Source: an archaeon
GTDB lineage: Archaea; Asgardarchaeota; Thorarchaeia; Thorarchaeales; Thorarchaeaceae
Assembly: GCA_024275415.1 (NCBI GenBank)
Contig: JAJRZD010000054.1
Span: forward strand, 1-7,088
Direction: 5' to 3'
DNA length: 7,088 nt
The stretch's first letter is position 1. The number at the start of each line of letters is the position of its first letter. A program made the translations under genes and the position numbers. The notes beneath the pieces were generated by a model. The model did not search any database and was not told the DNA's origin. It saw only the letters and a program-made list of their open reading frames with translations. Positions 1 to 5,360 of this stretch are shown here, piece after piece.

Positions 1-2
1 TG

Positions 3-776
3 GTGATCGCTCTTGGCTATGGTCATTTGTCTATTGATTATGTTCTTCTTGTCATTTGGTTTGCTTGTGTTTTTTCTGCTGTCTTGTCGTATACATACTG
101 TCACTTTTCATTTACCAATGGAGAATTACTTCTGGGACGGCAGGTAACTAAAAATGCCCTTCTCTTCTGGCTGATTGGTATTAGTGCTGCTACGTCTAGA
201 TATCTGGATAAGCTAATCTTGGGCTATTTTCTTTCCTATGAAGACCTAGGAGTCTATACGATCATTTTGACAATTACCAGTGGTTTCGATCTATTAAGTG
301 TTGCTTTAGGATATGTTTATCTCCCTTACTTCGCAGGAATTGGGACAGTGAAGTTATCCGGTTATGTAGCTCAACTCCTGTTAATAGCAGGCATCACCAG
401 CATTCTGTATCTTTGGTGGGGAAACAATCTTGTGCATGTTCTGTTATCTGCTCGATATGACGGTGGCGTCTACTTGATTAAATACTTTTGCATAGTTGGC
501 ACTTTGAAACTTCTGAATGTAATGCCTTCAAGTCTTATCGGAGGACGGTTCGAGTTCCAGGCTCTGAAAAAGTATACTTATCTGCATATCCTGGTGCTTA
601 TTATCTACGTTCCTCTTCTTGTTGCCTTAACTTCGTTGTTCTCCTTAACGGGTGCTGCAGCAGCTCTTGCATTTGGTTGGTTCCTTCGTATATTGTGCGG
701 GTATTGGATCATTTACAGATATCGAAGGTCTCTATATTCCGGAGAAAAGCATGAATATCCTGATGATCATGGTTAA
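3..776 (+). CDS. wzx: Wzx-like polysaccharide flippase (MOP/MATE-like superfamily), 5'-truncated by the window edge
   Basis: Very hydrophobic ORF, open from the window start, with several TM-like segments. It carries the motif 'SRYLDKLILGYFLSYEDLGVY', typical of the second half of Wzx flippases (D-x-x-I/L-L-G-x-x-L...L-G-x-Y). It lies upstream of GT and Wzy genes. The GTG at 3 is not a credible true start. The stop TAA is at 774-776. Confidence 0.8.
   Translation: MIALGYGHLSIDYVLLVIWFACVFSAVLSYTYCHFSFTNGELLLGRQVTKNALLFWLIGISAATSRYLDKLILGYFLSYEDLGVYTIILTITSGFDLLSVALGYVYLPYFAGIGTVKLSGYVAQLLLIAGITSILYLWWGNNLVHVLLSARYDGGVYLIKYFCIVGTLKLLNVMPSSLIGGRFEFQALKKYTYLHILVLIIYVPLLVALTSLFSLTGAAAALAFGWFLRILCGYWIIYRYRRSLYSGEKHEYPDDHG
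741..744 (+). promoter_or_regulatory. Shine-Dalgarno (GGAG) for the GT4 gene, inside the wzx coding sequence
   Basis: GGAG at 741-744 lies 6 nt before ATG 751 (ggagaaaagcATG). Confidence 0.7.
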
Positions 777-1956
777 AGAGTTTGGTCCTGGAAGAGCTAA
801 AAAAGCATCACGAGTTTTGGTGGATGAGGGACATAAAGTGACGGTTTTGGTTCGAAACCGGCGAGGAGAACCGCTCAAGGAAACCGTAGAAGGGGTTATG
901 ATTGAACGACTACCTTATCTCAAATGGTTTGGAAAACTCAGTAGGTCTATAACCCACTTTGTTAGTATACCTGTCTTCTTCAATCCACTTTATGTATATT
1001 ATGTCGTGTCAAGGACAATTACCACGAGGACTGATGTTCTGCATGTACATGATCTTCCAATGATGCCTTTAGCGATCTTCTTGGGCTGGTTACTGCGTAT
1101 TCCTGTGATCTTTGATCTGCATGAACACTACCCTGCAATGGCTGAAATTGGTGGATCAATGGGAAAAACTCAGGGCTTTCTGCAAAAATTCTATCGTAGG
1201 ACAGCAATTCTACGTAGGATTGAAAAATTTTCCTTAAAGTATGCGGACCGCGTACTCGTTGTTTGCAATGAACAGCGTGATCGAATTTCGAACATGGGTA
1301 TCACTTCTGCCAAAATCCTTGTCATTGGTAACACTGTTGTGCTTGAAGAGTTCGGTGACGCTAACCTCTCTGTACCATCAGAGAATAGAAATTCTGAGGG
1401 TTTTGTCCTTTTATACACCGGCGCATTCGGATATAATCGTGGCCTAGAGACGGTAATCGAGGCAATGCCACAGATCGTTGAACGCTTACCTCATTGCCGG
1501 CTGATTCTTGTTGGGGATGGTCCTGTGAAACCCCACTTGATGAATCTGGTTGAGACACTTGGTATACAATCGAATGTTGTTTTTGCAGGTTGGGTTAGTT
1601 ACACGGATTTTCCAGACTATATCAACAGTGCGGATCTATGCATTATTCCACATCTCTCGGATGAACATATAAACACGACTTATCCTAAGAAAATGTTTGA
1701 GTTCATGTGTATGGGAAAACCTCTGATCGTATCGGATGCGAAACCGCTCAAAAGAATTGTTGTTGATGAAGCTCAGGCGGGAATCGCTTTTGCTTCAGGT
1801 GATCCTGAGAGCTTTGCTAAGGCTGTCATAACGTTCTACGAGCGACCTGAACTGCAAGACCAGATGGGTATCCGAGCACGCAACATCGTACTGGAAAAAT
1901 ATAACTGGGACATAGATGCTGAGAAAATCAGATTACTATACAGCAATCTTGAATAG
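751..1956 (+). CDS. GT4-family (GT-B fold) glycosyltransferase, WbuB/Cap1E-like subgroup; 401 aa; probable start ATG 751 rather than 652
   Basis: N-terminus 'MNILMI...GHKVTVL' is the usual first GT-B strand. Other motifs are 'DVLHVHD', 'VIFDLHE', 'LLYTGAFGYNRGLE', 'LILVGDGP', 'VVFAGWV', 'ADLCIIP', 'PKKMFEFMCMGKPLIVSD' and 'YNW'. An SD precedes 751, and the gene overlaps wzx by 26 nt. Confidence 0.93.
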   Translation: MNILMIMVKEFGPGRAKKASRVLVDEGHKVTVLVRNRRGEPLKETVEGVMIERLPYLKWFGKLSRSITHFVSIPVFFNPLYVYYVVSRTITTRTDVLHVHDLPMMPLAIFLGWLLRIPVIFDLHEHYPAMAEIGGSMGKTQGFLQKFYRRTAILRRIEKFSLKYADRVLVVCNEQRDRISNMGITSAKILVIGNTVVLEEFGDANLSVPSENRNSEGFVLLYTGAFGYNRGLETVIEAMPQIVERLPHCRLILVGDGPVKPHLMNLVETLGIQSNVVFAGWVSYTDFPDYINSADLCIIPHLSDEHINTTYPKKMFEFMCMGKPLIVSDAKPLKRIVVDEAQAGIAFASGDPESFAKAVITFYERPELQDQMGIRARNIVLEKYNWDIDAEKIRLLYSNLE

Positions 1957-1961
1957 GAACT

Positions 1962-2861
1962 GTGGTCGTGAATGCTATACGGTCATTTGATCATACAGGG
2001 AGCGTTGTTTATCGGTCGTGTGCTCTTGCTGTTGTCCTATGTTTGCTATTAGGTTGTACCGATCCCCCTCCCTCTACGTCACCTCCTGATCAGACGGAAA
2101 TATCAGGAACTATAGGAGTAGATACGACATGGAGTCCTATCTCCAGCCCTTATTATGTGTTGGATGATGTGACCGTCGAAGAAGATGTTACGCTATCTAT
2201 CCAACCCGGTGTGAAGATTATTTTCATGAACAACTCCGGACTGATCGTAAAGGGGATGATGATTGCTGATGGTGCTTCGAGTGATAGTCTGATTACATTC
2301 ACATCCGGTCAAGAGTTTCCAAAACCCGGGGATTGGAAAGGGATCCTATTCAAGAATACAAACAACGACAAGAGTCAATTGCGATATACTAAGGTAGAAT
2401 ACGGTGAGGTCGGAGTTGATTGTTTTTCCTCATCGCCCAGGATCTCAGATTGCATCATTACTTCAAACAATACAGGTATCAGAACAACCGATGTTTCACA
2501 GACAATGACATTGGAACATAATCTTATTAGCAACAATATTGTTGGCCTTGTGTTCAGTCGTCAAACACCTATAGTTACCAGTAATACGATTACCAAGAAC
2601 GATATGGGAGTTGTTCTCTATTCAAAGTGGCTGTCTGCAGAAGGGAATAATTTTGCGGGAAACCTGGGCTACGCAATTATGCTCAAGAATACCACTCAGG
2701 GGGGATCCAAGGGAGCAAACGCACAAAGATGCTGGTGGGCAACGTTAGATGAGGAACGTATTAATCAAATGCTTTTTGATCGTCAGGATGACTCAAGGTT
2801 AGGCAGCATTCATTACCAACCTCCTTTGGAGGAAAAGATTGTGGAAGCTGCCCCTCGGTAG
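1962..2861 (+). CDS. Predicted lipoprotein with right-handed parallel beta-helix (pectin-lyase-like/NosD-like PbH1) repeats; function unknown; start GTG 1962 or GTG 1968
   Basis: A hydrophobic stretch ends in a lipobox-like 'LLLG-C' (Cys codon 2055-2057), followed by the linker TDPPPSTSPPDQ. Next come the segment 'SGTI..DTTW...SPYYV..DVTV...VTLSIQPGV' and 'ITFTS...PGDWKGILF'. Then Asn-ladder repeats (ISDCIITSNNTGI / LEHNLISNNIVGL / VTSNTITKNDMGV / AEGNNFAGN) and the C-terminal 'ANAQRCWW...DDSRLGSIHYQPPL'. AGGA at 1955-1958 is better spaced to GTG 1968. Confidence 0.8.
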   Translation: MVVNAIRSFDHTGSVVYRSCALAVVLCLLLGCTDPPPSTSPPDQTEISGTIGVDTTWSPISSPYYVLDDVTVEEDVTLSIQPGVKIIFMNNSGLIVKGMMIADGASSDSLITFTSGQEFPKPGDWKGILFKNTNNDKSQLRYTKVEYGEVGVDCFSSSPRISDCIITSNNTGIRTTDVSQTMTLEHNLISNNIVGLVFSRQTPIVTSNTITKNDMGVVLYSKWLSAEGNNFAGNLGYAIMLKNTTQGGSKGANAQRCWWATLDEERINQMLFDRQDDSRLGSIHYQPPLEEKIVEAAPR

Positions 2862-2873
2862 GATTCTTAATCT

Positions 2874-4328
2874 ATGATGTTATGGGCTTTTTTGGGTAGT
2901 ATAGTTCTTGTAATTATCGGCGTACAGCAGCCACTTCTTCTAGCAGGGGCTGCTGTTCTTCTAGTTATAGTCTTATGTCTCAGCCGGAACAGGTTGATCT
3001 CTCTACTGATTTTCTCCAGTCTTGTGATCCCTTATGGCACTTATGGTAACATTGCCTTTACTGTAAGATGGTTTTTTGTACCGCTGCACATCATAGATAT
3101 TGTCTTTGTGACCACATTGGTATTCCTCTTGGCAAAAGGGAAATTGCGTTTTCAGATAGATACACGATCTCCTCTTTCGCTTCCCATTATGTCATTTATT
3201 GGGATTGGTGTTTTCTATGCCATCGTAGGACTCAAAAACGGCCATGAGGTTTGGGATGTGGGAAGGGATATACGCAGTTTGTTGTATTATTCAACCTACT
3301 ACATGGTGTGGAATAGCCTTACCGATCGACAGGATATCGAGAGGCTCGTGAGACTCTTTATCATTGGTAGTGTTGTCTATGCAATAGAAATCCATCTACT
3401 ATTTCTATTGCCTATGAGCGTTCCTTTTAAGGCGAATTACATAAGCTATTTCCACGGTCAATCCAGGTTCCTGTTTACGAATTCGTTCGTATTCATATTC
3501 ACTGTGCCTTTACTATTTTCGTTAAGCATTCATCGTCCTAGAATTAGCTATATATTTGGTCTTCTGATAAGTCTATCGGCTGTACTGTTAAGCCTCAAAC
3601 GTTCTCTGGTCATTGCAGTTGTTCTGGCGATTATTTCCTATGTTTTTCTTACATTCAACAGGAAATATCTTCCTGTGGCTCTTGCTATATTGATACTCAG
3701 CCTCGTCGGATTGGTCACTGTTATTAATCAGGATAGTGGATCCATTTATCGTCCCACGCGCTTCGCAGAACTGGCATCAGAGCGCGTCAACTTAGCTCGC
3801 ATATTAACGGACAAAGGATTACGGGAAGGGAGGTTTTTCTCATACAAGCTTGCGGCATTGGCTATTAAGAAGGATCGCTATCTGGGCTCCGGATTGGGTA
3901 CTCTATTTGAGATACCATGGGCAATCAAGGGATATAACTTCACCCGTGTCGAAGGCTATCAGACGGCAATTGATAATGTTCCCCTGACATTACTCGGAAA
4001 AATGGGGGTGATGGGACTCTTAATCTTCTACTGGATCAATTTCCGATTCCTGAGCAAGCTCCGATACTTATATATGAGTATAATCAGCAATGAGAACATC
4101 AAACGCTTCGTCAGATGCCTGATGATTGCCGTCCCCTTTTACCTCATGACAACTCTTTTTGAGGCATTTTTACTAACTTCCCGTTTTATCATTGTCTTTT
4201 CAGCTCTCCTAGCCATTGTGGAGCGGCTCCATAAGTTCGCTGAGGGAGAACACCATTCAGACCCAAAACGGACCGAGGATTCGGAAACGACAGCAGTACT
4301 AACCCCCGTGGACATTTCGTCGCAGTAG
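2874..4328 (+). CDS. Wzy polymerase / O-antigen-ligase-family (Wzy_C-like) polytopic membrane protein, 484 aa
   Basis: Many TM segments. Family motifs are 'LLSLKRSLVI' (S-x-x-R), a periplasmic loop, 'EGRFFSYKLAALAIKKDRYLGSGLG' (R...A...I.....G.G.G) and 'IDNVPLTLLGKMGVMGL' (H/D-N...L...G..G). It is in the same locus as wzx. Confidence 0.82.
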   Translation: MMLWAFLGSIVLVIIGVQQPLLLAGAAVLLVIVLCLSRNRLISLLIFSSLVIPYGTYGNIAFTVRWFFVPLHIIDIVFVTTLVFLLAKGKLRFQIDTRSPLSLPIMSFIGIGVFYAIVGLKNGHEVWDVGRDIRSLLYYSTYYMVWNSLTDRQDIERLVRLFIIGSVVYAIEIHLLFLLPMSVPFKANYISYFHGQSRFLFTNSFVFIFTVPLLFSLSIHRPRISYIFGLLISLSAVLLSLKRSLVIAVVLAIISYVFLTFNRKYLPVALAILILSLVGLVTVINQDSGSIYRPTRFAELASERVNLARILTDKGLREGRFFSYKLAALAIKKDRYLGSGLGTLFEIPWAIKGYNFTRVEGYQTAIDNVPLTLLGKMGVMGLLIFYWINFRFLSKLRYLYMSIISNENIKRFVRCLMIAVPFYLMTTLFEAFLLTSRFIIVFSALLAIVERLHKFAEGEHHSDPKRTEDSETTAVLTPVDISSQ

Positions 4329-4398
4329 GATAAAAGCACCGACAAAACAGATCATGCCAGGATAATGACTGGCGAAGACTCATTGTGTTCTATCAAAC

Positions 4399-4402
4399 GG
4401 AG
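4399..4402 (+). promoter_or_regulatory. Shine-Dalgarno (GGAG) for the acetyltransferase gene
   Basis: GGAG at 4399-4402 lies 7 nt before ATG 4410. Confidence 0.7.
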
Positions 4403-4409
4403 TTTTCTC

Positions 4410-5015
4410 ATGAATGATGATATCTTTGTGCATCCATCTTCTGTCATTGACGACAATGTTACTATTGGCTCCGGCACGAAAATCTGGCACTTTTGTCATG
4501 TGGTGAGCGGAGCTGTACTGGGAGTAAATTGTTCGGTAGGGCAGAACTGCTATATTGACAGGAACGTACAGATCGGCAATAATGTGCGCATTCAGAACAA
4601 CGTGTCGGTGTACCGGAAGGTGACGCTTGAGGACGACGTGTTCTGTGGTCCCTCAATGGTTTTCACGAACGTGCTAAACCCCAGAGCAGCGGTTCGACGG
4701 AATTTAGATGAGTATTCTCCCACACTCGTGAAGCAGGGGGCGACTATCGGGGCAAATGCGACTGTAGTATGTGGAATCACTATTGGACGCTATGCATTCA
4801 TTGGAGCAGGTGCAGTGGTCACACGAGATGTACCTGACTATGCGCTCGTACACGGCAATCCCGGACGAATCCGAGGCTGGATGTGTGAATGTGGTGAGAA
4901 ACTACGGCTGGGGATCGATAGTAAGAATGTCTGTGAAGCTATTGCATGCACCAAGTGTAAACGTCGGTATGAACGGATTGGATGGAGGGTGAAAGAGATC
5001 GCATCCTCGACATAA
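4410..5015 (+). CDS. wbpD: WbpD/WlbB-like left-handed beta-helix N-acetyltransferase (UDP-2-acetamido-3-amino-2,3-dideoxy-glucuronate N-acetyltransferase-like), 201 aa; probable start ATG 4410
   Basis: Hexapeptide repeats plus motifs I recall from P. aeruginosa WbpD: 'HPS.VID', '[12 protein letters not shown]', 'GQN', 'IQNNVSVY', '[18 protein letters not shown]', '[33 protein letters not shown]'. The SD favours 4410 over 4365. The exact sugar substrate is inferred, not shown. Confidence 0.88.
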   Translation: MNDDIFVHPSSVIDDNVTIGSGTKIWHFCHVVSGAVLGVNCSVGQNCYIDRNVQIGNNVRIQNNVSVYRKVTLEDDVFCGPSMVFTNVLNPRAAVRRNLDEYSPTLVKQGATIGANATVVCGITIGRYAFIGAGAVVTRDVPDYALVHGNPGRIRGWMCECGEKLRLGIDSKNVCEAIACTKCKRRYERIGWRVKEIASST

Positions 5016-5137
5016 GAATCTCCCAGGCCTTTCCACAACTAATCCATGCTGATGACGATGCCCACAGCACGAAGCATATTACAGCGAGCATTAGCCATGC
5101 CATGGATTGTCTTGATCTGAACGATAGATTTCAGGCA

Positions 5138-5174
5138 CGTGCTTTTTCCCAATAGCGTGCTTTCTCCCAATTAG
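5138..5174. repeat. Two-copy imperfect tandem direct repeat (period 18)
   Basis: CGTGCTTTTTCCCAATAG (5138-5155) is immediately followed by CGTGCTTTCTCCCAATTAG (5156-5174). The first 16 nt are identical at 15 positions. Confidence 0.85.
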
Positions 5175-5181
5175 ATTTGAA

Positions 5182-5213
5182 TTCAATGTTGAACTGCCTA
5201 CGTAGACATTGAA
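5182..5213. repeat. Inverted repeat TTCAATGT-N16-ACATTGAA enclosing palindrome CTACGTAG
   Basis: 5182-5189 is the exact reverse complement of 5206-5213, and 5198-5205 is self-complementary. Confidence 0.8.
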
Positions 5214-5345
5214 GCCGTGTTGGGAAAAAAGGCGCATTTTCTGCTATGTTTTTTCGTGAGTGTTTTATGTTTCATACGGACATGATAATACAAATGTTCA
5301 CAGAACCTAGTCTCTGAAAGCAATCAGCGATGTGTAGATTGCTAG

Positions 5346-5350
5346 AAGGA
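5346..5350 (+). promoter_or_regulatory. Shine-Dalgarno (AAGGA) for wecA-like gene
   Basis: AAGGA ends 10 nt before ATG 5361. Confidence 0.6.
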
Positions 5351-5360
5351 CACATAATCT

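Noticed and set aside
652-750. ORF-track N-terminal extension of the GT4 (start 652)
   Set aside because: It overlaps wzx by 125 nt and has no GT-like sequence. ATG 751 has an SD and gives the canonical MNILMI start.
2079-2087. TCACCTCCT, matching the 16S rRNA 3' tail (a perfect AGGAGGTGA SD on the minus strand)
   Set aside because: It is explained by Ser-Pro-Pro codons of the lipoprotein linker. No start codon lies at a usable distance on the minus strand, and the internal GTG hits a stop after two codons.
4365-4409. ORF-track start of the acetyltransferase at ATG 4365
   Set aside because: AGGA is only 2 nt upstream. ATG 4410 has GGAG at 7 nt and matches where WbpD-like proteins begin.
4939-5103. 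54-aa minus-strand ORF with a hydrophobic N-terminus (MAWLMLAVICFVLWASSSAW...), reminiscent of a type I toxin or small membrane protein
   Set aside because: It has no convincing SD, overlaps the wbpD 3' end antisense, and shows no recognisable family. It cannot be supported without conservation or Ribo-seq data.
5046-5120. 24-aa ORF MLMTMPTARSILQRALAMPWIVLI as a possible leader peptide
   Set aside because: It has no SD, no telling amino-acid run, and no attenuator terminator downstream. It coincides with the hairpin sequence.
5133-5148. Sigma54 -24/-12 promoter at AGGCACGTGC
   Set aside because: The GGCAC is present, but the -12 GC position reads TT, so the spacing is wrong.
5138-5174. Tandem repeat as a CRISPR remnant
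   Set aside because: There are only two abutting 18-19 nt copies, with no spacer and no cas genes.
5242-5289. Sigma70-type promoter for wecA: extended -10 TGCTATGTT (5242-5250) or GATAAT (5284-5289)
   Set aside because: Both are partial matches with no properly spaced -35 in an AT-rich tract. A promoter is plausible in this gap but cannot be located from sequence alone.
5016-5360. ops/JUMPStart (RfaH/NusG-paralogue) element expected in polysaccharide leaders
   Set aside because: No GGCGGTAG-like sequence was found here or in 6456-6684.
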